Source: Eledone cirrhosa
Lineage: Eukaryota
Length of the DNA stretch: 64,000 nucleotides
NCBI GenBank assembly: GCA_964016885.1
Contig: OZ024746.1
Span: 23,064,001 to 23,128,000, forward strand
Direction of reading: 5' to 3'
This document shows, one piece after another, positions 30,814 through 43,899 of this stretch (position 1 is its first letter; each line of letters starts with the position of its first letter). The translations under genes were made by a program, and so were the position numbers. Under the pieces are notes generated by a model. The model had not been told where the DNA came from. It saw nothing but the letters and a program-made list of their open reading frames with translations, and did no database searches.

Positions 30814-31548
30814 CTGTCAATAAGATATAAACAGAAACAAAAGTGCTGGCTCTATTCTATTATTCCTCTTATCCAATATCCACTTCCATTATTTCTAGGT
30901 ATTGAAGCTGAATACATAAAAATGATACGAAATATTTCCCTCAAAACATGAACAATAAACAGACACATTATCGATAAAACAGAAATAATTGTATAAATTA
31001 TTTCATGCGAAAATAATAAGCTTGTCAGTGTTTTATATTTATTTTTTCAATTACAAATAAGTGTGTTAATTTGACCTTGTGGTTAGGATGTTCCACTGAC
31101 GATCCTAAGGTCGTGTATTCGATTCCTAGACGGCATTTCATTTTACGTTTTCATGACAGGAGAGTAGGACAGGGAATCTTTATTAAAACACCACAAAATG
31201 TCTCCAATGTCATGTAATATCGTTGGAAGCTCATCAGACTAAAGCTTCTTGGTGTTTATTGACTGAGAGAGAGTACAAAACAATACGCTGGACATGACGA
31301 TAATCCATTGCATGGTTACCCACTCCAGCTGCTATTACTCACTTTTAACTGAGTAGAGTGAAGAAGCAAAGTGTTTTTTTTTCCCTCCAGAACACAATTC
31401 ACCACACAGTCAACCACACATGACTGCACACCTTCACAGAAATACAGTTTAACCTTAATACATCCAATGGCTGCCTTTAATACGTCTAAGTAATTATGCA
31501 GTGGAAAAAAAACAACGAAACATAAGACCCGCCAAATAGCCAAATAGC

Positions 31549-31625
<77 letters not shown>

Positions 31626-31628
<3 letters not shown>

Positions 31629-31819
31629 ACCTGTCAACTCTCCCCGTCCGACGAGGATTTCTCCCACCCACTTGGGTGGGTGAGAGATGTCTTCTCTTGT
31701 GAAAATGGATATAGCTTTCATTATGTAAAATCTCCCCAATTTTGCCTCATTTCTCCCCGTTTTGGGACACCTTTTTCCATAGTACTCCCCGTTTGGGTTT
31801 TTAGAGGTTGGCAAGTCTG
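31626..31819. mobile_element. MITE with hAT-like terminal inverted repeats
   Basis: Ends CAGACCTGTCAAC / GTTGGCAAGTCTG; internal CTCCCC(G) subterminal repeats; TSD obscured by (GT)n. Confidence 0.65.
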
Positions 31820-32242
31820 GTGTTCGTGCATATACAGAGGCATATAAGTAAGCATATATTATATGTTTATGTATAACAAGCATAGATAAGTCACAGTGTG
31901 CGTCTTTTAATCTGTGATAATATCACAGCTACCTCAGTAGCCGTGTGACAACTCCAACGCTAATGTTTCAGAATTTCTATCCATCTCCAGTGCATCTATA
32001 AACATCTATTAACTTATTTTGTCTCGCTACCGAGTAAGTAAACGTCACTGAAGATGAAGATGGATAGGAATCCTAAAACATTAGTGTTTAAGATTCTTAC
32101 ACGGCTACTGAGATCCTATGACATGATTCCAGGTTTTAAATACCTACAGCGAGATATATGTTTGTATATTATACATAAACATAACATGTGAAAGAGGGGG
32201 GGGGGGGAATATGTCCAAATGTTGCTAGCGTCACCCTTCTTA

Positions 32243-32297
<55 letters not shown>

Positions 32298-32502
32298 AGA
32301 AGTGGAAATGTATTTGATATGTGAAATATATATATAGCTGAAACAAAATAAATAATATAAATCCACGTATAGCTGATTTCGGTTTGGTAAACATTATATT
32401 TAGATAACAACCTTGATGTTAAGATCTTTTTCAAGAAATAATAGCATTTTTCTTTTTACTTCGATTTCTAGTGTCATGACTTGCCTTCAATGAAATTTCA
32501 AA

Positions 32503-32830
32503 TTCACACACCACATACAACACTGACGCAACGGAATGTTGACTTCACACACCACATACAACACTGACGCAACGGAATGTTGACTTCACACACCACATAC
32601 AACACTGACGCAACGGAATGTTGACTTCACACACCACATACAACACTGACGCAACGGAATGTTGACTTCACACACCACATAGAACACTGACGCAACGAAA
32701 TGTTGACTTCACACACCACATACAATGAAATGTTGAATTCACACATCACACACAACGGAATGCTGAATTCACACACCACATACATTATTGACGCAACGGA
32801 ATTTTGAATTCAAACACGACATACATCATA
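32503..32830. repeat. Minisatellite, 41-bp unit
   Basis: TTCACACACCACATACAACACTGACGCAACGGAATGTTGAC, ~5 near-perfect copies plus degenerate ones. Confidence 0.95.
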
Positions 32831-33599
32831 CAAACGCACACGCCTGAATACATACGCTGTTAAACATACATACATATATGCAGATATGCACACATACATA
32901 TCCATCTAGATATTTACATAACATACATGCGTGTACACACAGACATGCACATACATACAATCATATATGCATCCATACATACATATATAATTGTACTCAC
33001 ATACACACATGTATATCTGTATAATTCAATACATTTACATATATACGAGTATATACACATACACATCTAGATATACATACACAAAAACGCCTACAAATAT
33101 AGAATATATTTTAGTTACATAGTTACATATTCATGACTATTATATTCAACTTTAACTTTATTATTGTTTGTCATGCGTATATCTGTCAGTTATTTATTGA
33201 AATATCTTCAAATATTCACTAGCTTCTAGCAGAAATATTTACTGTTTATTTAATCACGTCGCCAAACGCATGCACGTCATGAACATTAAACTGAACATTT
33301 CCGTTATTTTCTATATTCTGTAGTTAAGAGCCGAAACAGAGATTCATAGGAAAAGTTATTCTCAGACCAGGCGATGGGAAACGCTGAAATGCACACATAA
33401 GTATAATCTCGTGGTTTTCTGTGTAGGAAGAAATATATGAAAATGTTTAGAATTCACACTTCATTAACCATTATTCCACCAATGTCGGATCTACTTCCGA
33501 CACGCAGATTTTCGTGGATACATCTGCCAGGTTTCGAGTCTGTGCATCTCCGACTAGACTAACAATGACGAACGCCAACCACTTAAGCCAAAACCCCTA

Positions 33600-34070
33600 G
33601 CTCTCTGTTGGGTTAGGGTTTCTTATCACGTCCCCCTAGTTCGAGTCCTTTCTTGGCAATGTCACTACTTCACGGGTCACAGGATTTGGAATGTCCCTAG
33701 TCTACTTCCAGTTACAATAGGGAATAGGTCCGACATGGAAAAGTAGAACTCATAGAGTAGACCTTCCACTACCTATGCTTTGTTCCTCATACACTGGCTC
33801 AGCAAGTCTGCCAATTCATCTGCTGAGATTGGTTTTTCGTAACGCTGCTCCTCCCTGGTTGAGAACCTCTAAAGGCTGTTGGGGTAGGAACTGAAGTCCC
33901 TCACCTCCAGTTCATTGTTCCCAGCAAAACGTTCGGCAAAGGGCTGCTGGAACATCACACACATCTGCTTTAGGTCAGATTGTACGCTCTCTCTTCAGTC
34001 CGTCAGAGATACAATTGTGACTTTGTTGCCATGTTATGCTTCCGCCACACGAAACAGCTCTCGAAGCTTC
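33600..34070 (-). pseudogene. L1/Tx1-like LINE ORF2 fragment (just upstream of the RT core)
   Basis: Minus-strand translation ...KQMCVMFQQPFA...EKPISADEL...RNKA*VVEGLLYEFY...IPNPVTREVVTLPRKD matches KAPGxDGLxxEFY and GVVTLLxK; several stops. Confidence 0.7.
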
Positions 34071-34144
34071 ATCTTTTCACCCCACCCCACCCAAATTCAG
34101 AAACGCTTTCACCGCCCCTGCCTATTAGCACATATTATTTTCCT

Positions 34145-34450
34145 TGCCGAGGTTAACTTTGCCTTTCATCCTTACGGGGTCGATAAAATAAAGTACCAGT
34201 AATGTACTGGGTGTTTGCTGGCCTTGTGCCAAATGTAGAAACAATTATTTTCCTTAACAGTGGATTGGCAGTATCGGTAGAGGGTCGGACGCCATGCTTT
34301 GACGCATAGAGTTACGGCCCTTGCCATTCTGAGTTCAAATCCCGCCGAGGTTAACTTTGCCTTTCATCCTTACGGGGTCGATAAAATAAAGTACCAGTAA
34401 TACACTGGGTAATTGCTGGCCTTGTGCCTAACGTAGAAACAATTATCGTC
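34145..34450 (+). mobile_element. Two tandem tRNA-derived SINE copies (young subfamily)
   Basis: GAGTTCAAATCCCGCCGAGGTTAACTTTGCCTTTCATCCTTACGGGGTCGATAAAATAAAGTACCAG...GGCCTTGTGCC..GTAGAAACAATTAT. Confidence 0.85.
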
Positions 34451-34974
34451 CTTAACATTGTCTCACTGCCATGCTGTATGCAGAATTAAAGACTATTTCA
34501 ACCCAAATTCTTAGATATGTTTTCTAAAAGAAAATATTGTGTGTGTGTATATATATATATATATACAGAGAGAGAGAGAGAGTGAGAGAGAGAGAGAGAA
34601 AGAGAGAGATCGTTTTCAGATCGTACATTTTAATAATACCCTCCCAAACATTACAACTAATATGCTGTTTCCATTATTGTATCTCAATTAAAGCCTATCT
34701 TTCTGACATATCTTCTAATTGTCCTTGGTAACATCGCTTCAGTAAACAACAACGTCATTTCCCATAGTTTCCCAGTATTTATGGCTTTCTTCACAATTTC
34801 CTCTCCACAAACACTTTCGACAGCGACACATTCAAATGGTTCACTCTTCTTTTTTACCAAACAGATGTTACTATTTATTATATGAAGAATACATAAACTT
34901 GTCTGTCTGTGTGTATGTGTGCGTTTTATCGAACCCTCTTCGGATTTTAGTCTTCACATTTATTATTATTACTC

Positions 34975-35135
34975 GGTGGATTGGCAGTATCGGTAGAGGG
35001 TTGGACGCCATGCTGTCCCACAGTTACGTCCCTTTACGATCCGAGTTCAAATCCCGCCGAGGTAGACTTTGCCTTTCATCCTTACGGGGTCGATAGAATA
35101 AAGTACCAGGAATGCACTGGGTAATTGCTGGCCTT
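34975..35135 (+). mobile_element. tRNA-derived SINE (young subfamily)
   Basis: Same head and core as 34258-34450. Confidence 0.85.
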
Positions 35136-35408
35136 CCTTGCTCACATTCCAACCAGGTTTGATGGTCTTTATTCTCTCTCGTTCACGATTTCACCGAACT
35201 TATATTCATGGAAATTTGGTACTTGACTCGTTCTTCCTCACCTTTCGTTGCTTCGCCATCTTTGTTTGTTTACACTCTCGTGTCCCCTTTATTTACGTGT
35301 ACCAACGACTTTTTTTAGCCGTTGCTCGCACCAACCGGAGGTATATGGTCTTTAAAGCGATGAAATACCAATGATGGTTGGAAGATCACTGATGAAGGAC
35401 TAACTTTA

Positions 35409-35470
<62 letters not shown>

Positions 35471-35561
35471 TACATACATATATATATATATACATATATA
35501 TTTATATACATATATACATATATACATACATATATATGTATATATATATATATATATATAC

Positions 35562-35596
<35 letters not shown>

Positions 35597-35597
35597 C

Positions 35598-35646
<49 letters not shown>

Positions 35647-35693
35647 CATATATACATATACATATATACATATATATATATACATATATACAT

Positions 35694-35738
<45 letters not shown>

Positions 35739-35800
35739 CATATATATATATATATATATACATACATATATACATATATACATACATATATATGTATATA

Positions 35801-35832
<32 letters not shown>

Positions 35833-35871
35833 CATATATATATATACATATATATATATACATATATACAT

Positions 35872-35909
<38 letters not shown>

Positions 35910-35927
35910 ATACATATATATATATAT

Positions 35928-36054
<127 letters not shown>

Positions 36055-36057
36055 TAT

Positions 36058-36251
36058 AACGAAGGAAATGCGGTAAGTAACCAGGTGGACCATAACGCAC
36101 CAAAGTACTCAATACTTAGGGTAGTAGAGTGGGTAATAGGAACGAGTAGGACCCCGACGGCTGAGCTCAAGCCGTTTCGACGGCTAATTCTGGACCCAGA
36201 ATTAGCCGTCGAAACGGCTTGAGCTCAGCCGTCGGGGTCCTACTCGTTTCT

Positions 36252-36252
<1 letters not shown>
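36058..36252 (-). mobile_element. Family A fold-back element with a perfect 53-bp stem
   Basis: Arms 36141-36193 and 36196-36248 are exact reverse complements; tail 36058-36140; (TA)n on both sides. Confidence 0.8.
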
Positions 36253-36341
<89 letters not shown>

Positions 36342-36362
36342 TGTACTATACACTTATATATA

Positions 36363-36393
<31 letters not shown>

Positions 36394-36478
36394 AGGAATA
36401 CATTGAAGTACTCGTAAATATGCAAAGCTTACAATGACAGTTTTATATATATATATAAACTGTTAATGTAAGCTTTGC

Positions 36479-36564
<86 letters not shown>

Positions 36565-36596
36565 TGTGTATATATTGTACTATACACTTATATATA

Positions 36597-36637
<41 letters not shown>

Positions 36638-36974
36638 ATGGAAATACATTGAAGTACTCGTAAATATGCAAAGCTTACAATGACAGTTTTATATATATAT
36701 ATAAACTGTTAATGTAAGCTTTGCATATTATATATATATATATATATAATTGGACAGCTATTCAATTCCTCCTCTAATAGATTGTTCGTTATGTTTAATA
36801 CAATTTATTCTTTGCCAAATTCTAGATACTTCTCTTTATGATTTGGTCACAAATATTAATTCGTAGCTAATTACTAACCTTTCGGCCCTTTAGATATATG
36901 AAAGACATACAAAAGTTATAATACACTGAACAAAGGATAAAGCTGATGCGTAGGCTGTTAGACTCACAATTATA

Positions 36975-37072
36975 AGGTTAACTTTGCCTTTCATCCTTAC
37001 AGGGTCGATAAAATAAAGTACCAGTAATGCACTGGGTAGTTGCTGGCCTTGTGCCAAAAGTAGAAACAATTA
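36975..37072 (+). mobile_element. 5'-truncated SINE (young subfamily)
   Basis: Core and tail as above; ACAATTATAAG occurs at both ends (TSD-like). Confidence 0.75.
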
Positions 37073-37544
37073 TAAGTTCGTCGGTTCGTTTCCTGGTCAG
37101 GGAGACACATTCGGCAAACTCTTCATTTTAGGTTGGTTTTCACGATGAGACTGGCAAGCCCTATCATTAAATCGCCCAAGAAACCACCTATGATATACAT
37201 CTTTGTAGGAGACTAACTAAACCTGCAAAGGTGTGAGCTGTAAATTTCATTTCCTTTTTTTTTCCTGTACTCATCTATTATTGTGTCACTCGGGCTTCAA
37301 AAACAACTTTAAAAATGAAGTATTTCAAAACCATGCTATAAGATTTATTACATAGGTTGATAACCAAGCAAGGCGTCAATAGACCCAAGTCATCTGCTCC
37401 ATGACATGGCTGAGAATTCTCAGCTATTGGACCAACATCGTTTAATGTCACGCTGATTTCAACATGCTTCAGACGTGGTAAACAACAAACATTTCGACTC
37501 GCCCAACCGAATGTCAACTTTAAAACATCCTACCCTCTAGTCTT

Positions 37545-37648
<104 letters not shown>

Positions 37649-37779
37649 CTAAGAGCAATTATGCCCGAACTAGAACATAAACAGATATAAACGAAATCCA
37701 AGCGAGTGCAAACCACAACCTATAATGAGCCCTCAAAAGCCCGACTGCAATATGTGTGTTTGTGTGCAATCTCTATATG

Positions 37780-37833
<54 letters not shown>

Positions 37834-37925
37834 GTACGTCTGTATACATATATGTATGTACATATACATACTTACATTTAAGTATCACCCGTACTAAGAG
37901 TGAGAAATGAAATTTAATTTTTTCC

Positions 37926-37963
<38 letters not shown>

Positions 37964-37994
37964 GTGTGTATGTACACGCGCACACACACACGCA

Positions 37995-38047
<53 letters not shown>

Positions 38048-38704
38048 ACACAGATAATGTATTCTAGACAAATATTTGTATGAAATGTTAAATTCAAATC
38101 TTCCTTTACCCCTACTGAAGATTTTCAATTAAATATACCATTACTTTCAAGAGATAAACTTATCTTTAAATAAATAGATATTTCTATGGCATATCACACA
38201 TATCTCTAGATATAAACCACATAAGTTCTAAATCATTTTCTTTCTTCTTGTTCACGTATATACGAGTAGCAGTTATCACCGACATTACGTATTAATATAG
38301 TTATTACCAATATTATATGATTATATAGTTATTACCTATGTTATATGTTCTTATCGTTGGATCTCCATTAATTTCGACGACGAGTGGTCCAGTTATTCAA
38401 GAAATTAACATGGAAGTAGCTGAGCATTCGACAGCACGTGCAACCTGAATGTAGTTCTCAGAGATTCAGCATGACACAATATGTGAGAAGGTCGGGCCTT
38501 TGAATTATAAATACAACTTTTTTTCTTTTTTGCAGCTAAGTATACTGAGGAACAGCGTGAAATAAAGTGTCTTGCTTAAGGACATAACACGCCGAAAAGC
38601 ATCAACCTCGTGACTTGGTAGTTATTACCAATGTATGTGTATCATCAGTTTGAGAATTTCCTACAACTCATCTGTTCGCTATTTTCAATTAATTACTTTA
38701 TGCA

Positions 38705-38898
38705 CAAGCTAAACAATTCGTAGGCTGACCAAGATACTCTCATGGAATGACCAAATGAGGTTTATGTTTCAATATATTCCCTAGAAAGAAATAATGCAGT
38801 TATTAATAAGAAGAGTTGAAATGAATGCATGCAGAATTTCACAGCACTAGCATCATTCCTTCACAGTCAGCCTATGAACTTTTCAGCCGACCCTCGTA
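38705..38898. mobile_element. Mariner-type MITE (uninterrupted copy)
   Basis: Right TIR GTCAGCCTATGAACTTTTCAGCCGACCCTCG-TA; homologous to 41238-41625. Confidence 0.75.
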
Positions 38899-39194
38899 TG
38901 TTGGATAATCCATCTGCCCGTGGACCCTGGACTCCTGGCAAAGTCTCAGGGACGCCGTAGTGGACATTTAAATCTGGTGGAGATAATCCCTTTCTCCAGG
39001 TCTGAACACAACCGACCTTCCAGTAAGTTAGAAAGAGAAAGTGAAAAAGAGAAATAGAGTGGAGAATTGACCCTGGTACTAGACTGGAAAGGACCCTAGT
39101 ACTAGACTGTTCATCGACTTGGAAAGGATGAAAACAACATCGACCTCTGAGCGCAGAGCCGGACTGAATACCGTGAAGGATTCTGTCCGCCTAT

Positions 39195-39935
39195 ATATTG
39201 AATAATAACATAATTGATAAAAGCATCATCTCGTGTTCTTTGCGCCTCATAATCCCAACAGAGAGAATTGTAAACTTGTTACCTTGGCGGATAGCGAGGA
39301 AGACGTACTGAAACAGCCAGTGAAAACACGCGGGGGCTCGTTCTTCCTTATGGCCATCCTGTCCCAATCGCAGTATGTATGGACGTGTCTCGATCGTCCC
39401 GGACATCAGATGTTCTATGGGTTCAACAATATAAATGTTCGCCAGAACATGTATTAAAGAATGTCAACGTGACTATGCTCTGGGTGATGCCAAAATTGAC
39501 AGGCAGGGTAATTTGATATTGTTACCAAAGACATAAAAAGGTGATCGAAATAGTCTTCAAAATAGGCGGTAATGTATCTCTAAAGTATTTTTAAAAGAAG
39601 AAAAAATATTAAAATATAAAAATCTGGAATAAAGAAATAACCAGAATTTGATGATTGAAAGGAGGAAGAATCCCTATAAAAATAGATGCTTTGCAAATTA
39701 TTAAAGATTATGCAGACAAATACATAACCCAAACTCCAAGACTTACACACATTCACAACATATAGGCAATGGTGTTAATGGGTACTACACACGTATTACG
39801 AACAGAAAGCTTTCAATACAACAGAAAGAACGATACCAAAACAAATTACTGCACATACCCAAGGGGAACTGAGCTGCGCTCGATAATGCAGTGACAGCAC
39901 AAAATTGTATTAATAAAGATAATAATAATAATAAT
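39195..39935 (+). pseudogene. Old R4/Dong-like retrotransposon 3' fragment
   Basis: Degraded motifs PEHVLKNVNVTMLW, DIVTKD, KYKNLE, DKYITQTP, GTTHVLR; ends in (TAA)n. Confidence 0.55.
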
Positions 39936-40347
39936 CCGAAAGTGACGCTATCAAATGATCACAAAATCTAATAGTGGTTCTGTTAAAATATAACATGGAA
40001 ATATATATAGAGAGAGAGATACTAATCCACACGTTAACTCATTATATTCAGTTGGTGTTTATTTTTATAGCTTATCAAGAAACAATCGTTGGGTGCTTCT
40101 TTCACTTAAATTTCATTTTCCTCCTATGAATATAGATTTCTATGCTAGATTAAGCAATGGTGTTATCTACTGAAATATGAACGAAAGTGCTATCTGTTGA
40201 ACGAAAAATGACCGTGGAAGATGAAAGAAACAGAACTAACAAAAAAAGCATAGTAAACGCTTTTACGTTATAGAGATGAACAAATGAGATTAAAATAGTT
40301 AAATTAAAAGATAATTGAGGTTTTTTTTATATTATTATTCAACAAGC

Positions 40348-40620
40348 ATATGTGGCGAACTGGTAGAGTCGTTAGAACGTCGGATAGGATGCTTTACAGT
40401 ATTCGTTTCGACTCTCTGCTCTCTGAGTTCAAATCCGGTCGAGGTCAACTTTGCCTTCCTCTATATCTCTTTTTCACTCTCTATCCTTCTCTGGAAGAAA
40501 TCTACTGTATTCAGACCTGAAGAAAGGAGATGGGCTCCGCCAGGCTTTAAAATATCCAAGAAACGCCGCTGTCAATACGGTGCCCCTACTACTCGCTCAG
40601 GAGTTACGGAACCATGCATG
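40348..40620 (+). mobile_element. Composite SINE (family B)
   Basis: tRNA-like head plus a tail with CTGAAGA...GAAAC; flanking TATT(C/T)AACAAGC at 40336-40347 and 40621-40632. Confidence 0.8.
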
Positions 40621-40878
40621 TATTTAACAAGCGCAGATATGGCTGTGTGGTTAAGGTGTTTACTTAGCAACCAAGTGGTTTTGGATATACTCCCACTACG
40701 TGCCACCTTGGGCATGTCATGTGATTTACGATAACGTCCAGACGACCTTATGAGTGAAATTTGTTTGGCGAAAACTGTTAAATCTCGTCCTTAAAAAATA
40801 AATAAATAAAAGAATGGCAACGTAAAGTCATTAATAAAAGTTTTGTTTTGTTTTTTACTGACGTGTAATAGGGGAGAT

Positions 40879-41010
40879 AGTTGTTTCTACTTTAGGCACA
40901 AGGCCAGCAAATACCCAGTGCATTACTGGTACTTTATTTTATCGACCCCGTAAGGATGAAAGGCAAAGTCAACCTCGGCGGGATTTGAACTCAGATCGTA
41001 AAGAGACGTA
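40879..41010 (-). mobile_element. tRNA-derived SINE (young subfamily)
   Basis: Reverse complement of the core; TAGGGGAGATA on both sides (TSD-like). Confidence 0.8.
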
Positions 41011-41237
41011 TAGGGGAGATAATGCTGTGCTATTTCGGCGGGCGGGGGGGGGATCAATGTAGCTATGAAAGACTAGAGGAAATATCTAATATTTCTTACA
41101 GTTGAGAAACAAAGAAAAAAAAAACATAGACAGAGATAAATGAATATAAAAATAAAAACTAAATTAAAAAATAAATTGAATTGAATTAAAATTTTTTAAA
41201 ATAATGAAATAGGAAAGGCTAACAGGAGACAATGTAT

Positions 41238-41625
41238 GTACGGAGGTAGGCTAAAATGTTCATAGGCTGACCAAGATAATCTCATGGAATGACCAAATGT
41301 GGTTTATTTTTCAACATAGTCCCTGGAAAGAAACAGTGCCGTTATTAATAAGAGCGGTGGATTGGCAGTATCGGTAGAGGGTCGGATGCCATGCTTTCCA
41401 GCATAGTTACGTCCCTTAATGATCTGAGTTCAAATCCCGCTGAGGTTGACTTTGCCTTTCATCCTTACGGGGTCGATAAAATAAAGTACCAGTAATGCAC
41501 TGGGTAATTGTGCCAAAAAGTAGAAACAGTTATTAATAAGAGCTGAAATTAATGCATGCAAGATTTCACAGATCTAGCATCAATCCTTTATAGTCATCCT
41601 ACGAACTTTTCAGCCCACCCTCGTA
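41238..41625. mobile_element. Mariner-type MITE interrupted by a SINE (41356-41528)
   Basis: TA-flanked TIRs TACGGAGGTAGGCTAAAATGTTCATAGGCTGAC / ...CAGCCCACCCTCGTA; SINE TSD GTTATTAATAAGAGC at 41341-41355 and 41529-41543. Confidence 0.85.
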
Positions 41626-41639
41626 TAGTATTTTACCAG

Positions 41640-41818
41640 CCATCGGTAGAAGGTCGGACAACCATGCTTTGCAGCAAAGAGTTACGGCCCTTTATGGTCT
41701 GAGTTCAAATCCCGCCGAGGTTAACTTTGCCTTTCATCCTTACGGGGTCGATAAAATAAAGTACCAGTAATGCACTGGGATAATCGCTGGCCTTGTGCCA
41801 AAAGTAGAAACAATTATC
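41640..41818 (+). mobile_element. tRNA-derived SINE (young subfamily)
   Basis: Same core and tail as 34258-34450. Confidence 0.85.
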
Positions 41819-42202
41819 TGAGGTTATCGTTGGACCTCCATCGACCCACGTATGTATGTACGTAAATACGTTTATGCGTGCATGTGTGTAATATATATAT
41901 ATGTAGTGGCCAACGGTAACAGCAAGATCCTGCCAATGAAAAATTGTTACATTTTTTCGTTTCTTTGTAGGGCTACAATGATGACTCAGCTCTTTACAGA
42001 ACGACGGTTGACTGGACGGCATCTCGAGTGAGTGTACAATCGAACTATGAGGCTGTTTATGTACAGATAACAGAGGCAACTAAAGAAGCCAACAGCTCCA
42101 TAGATTTCGTATGTCAAGCAATTCGTATATTGACAAATACACGTAAGTATTAACACATCTTAAAGATGGAAGAGGAAGATTAACTGTGTGTTCCTAATAT
42201 GT

Positions 42203-42459
42203 AGCGGCGAATTGGCAGAGTCGTTCGAACGTCGGATAGAATGCTTTGCGGTATTCCTTTCGGCTCTCTGCTCTCTGGGTCAACTTTGCCTTTCATCCAT
42301 TGAATCTGGGAAGATTCTTCTCTATATCTCTTTCTATCGCTCTCTATCTTTCTCTGGAAGAAATTTGCTATGTACAGACTTAAAGAGGAGATGGGTTCCG
42401 CCATGTTAAAAAAAAAAAGGTTCTAAAAACGCCCTTGCAACTCCCTCGACCATCCTCCA
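42203..42459 (+). mobile_element. Composite SINE (family B) with 11-bp TSD
   Basis: Head AGCGGCGAATTGGCAGAGTCG; tail GAGGAGATGGGTTCCGCCA; TCCTAATATGT at 42192-42202 and 42460-42470. Confidence 0.8.
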
Positions 42460-42641
42460 TCCTAATATGTGTTGTGCAGACGATGGTCTTAATGGTTACG
42501 GTGATCGGTGTGTCCTTGAGCAAGACGTTTTATTTTACATTGCTCCAGCTGTAGCTGTAATTCGAAATGGGCAACCATGCGACACACTATGTTGCGCTGC
42601 ATCTCCCTGAGATTAAACTGAGGGTGTACACACACGCACAT

Positions 42642-42752
<111 letters not shown>

Positions 42753-43345
42753 AAACACGTATTCGGGTTCTAGAAAAATCCAGAAAACCGGCTAGATTTG
42801 AATTTGACGCCTAGTCCCTTCGAAATATTAGATGCGCTGTCCCCCAGCGTAGCCGCAGTCTAATACCTGAAACCAGTAAAACATTAATAAAGATAAAATA
42901 GACTGCTTTAGAAGTATATTCATTTGTGTCCGTTAAATACAGTTTCGTTCTTTACTTTTCAGAGTTTATTTTATATTTTAACTATATCCAGAAATTTGGC
43001 AAACCCGGAAATCCGGATAAATGCTTTGGTATTCTATTTTTAAAATGTGCTTCTCTTACATATGCTATTATATAAATAGATAGATTTAAGATGGATGGCA
43101 ATGATTGTAACACATTTTATAATATTGATTACTAGAAGTTATGTAAACCACTACTACTTGTTTCATGGTCAGTCCAACGGCAACTAAACTGGCAACGCCA
43201 ATCGAGGGTCTCACCCTGCATTGTGAAGAATAGATGGGCACCCTGCAGGTATCAACAGCCATCTATGGTCCTACAAATGGAATGAGAGCCCCATTAAGGT
43301 TTTTGGATCCTACAAATGGAATAAGGGCCCCATTAGGTTTTTTTC

Positions 43346-43421
43346 TCACCTTGAGTTGGCCTCGCACTGTTCGAAGGAGAAAAGTCCGTCCTTCGAACAG
43401 TGCGAGGCCAACTCAAGGTGA
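43346..43421. repeat. Perfect 33-bp inverted repeat with 10-nt loop
   Basis: 43346-43378 is the exact reverse complement of 43389-43421. Confidence 0.95.
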
Positions 43422-43453
43422 TTTGAATCAAGCCTGATTAAAATTATTATCTC

Positions 43454-43535
43454 ATTTTAGCCCTTGCCATTCCTCTAAGACAGGGAGACTCGAGCAAGAG
43501 TTTTCTTGGCCTAGAGGAATGGCAAGGGTTAAAAT
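43454..43535 (+). repeat. 38-bp imperfect hairpin with 6-nt loop
   Basis: ATTTTAGCCCTTGCCATTCCTCTAAGACAGGGAGACTC / GAGTTTTCTTGGCCTAGAGGAATGGCAAGGGTTAAAAT; 4 G.U pairs and 2 mismatches on the plus strand. Confidence 0.85.
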
Positions 43536-43802
43536 TATTGTCATTTAATTATCAACCGTGTCTTCCACATGTACCGACTGCTCATCAGTGAGGTTGCTCT
43601 GTCCAGTCGGAAATTACAGATGCGTACCACTCTATATATGTGTCTGTCTGTCTGTCCTTCTGTCTGTGTTTTGAACAAGTTGTTTTAAATAACAGTGTAC
43701 TTAAGCCATCAAGGAAAGTTTTTTTTATAAATGTTGATTGCTATTAGAAAAATATGTAGCAACACCAAATCCACTATTTCATAAAGCATATACCTATATA
43801 CC

Positions 43803-43850
<48 letters not shown>

Positions 43851-43899
43851 TATATATATGTATATATATACAGAGAGAGAGGGGGAGGGAGAGAGAGAG

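Noticed and set aside
32045-32092. CTGAAGA...AAAAC hammerhead-like motif
   Set aside because: GAAA is absent and the stems are unconvincing.
32503-32830. Regular 41-bp repeats as a possible CRISPR array (also 7706-8070)
   Set aside because: Head-to-tail units with no unique spacers, no cas genes, eukaryotic context.
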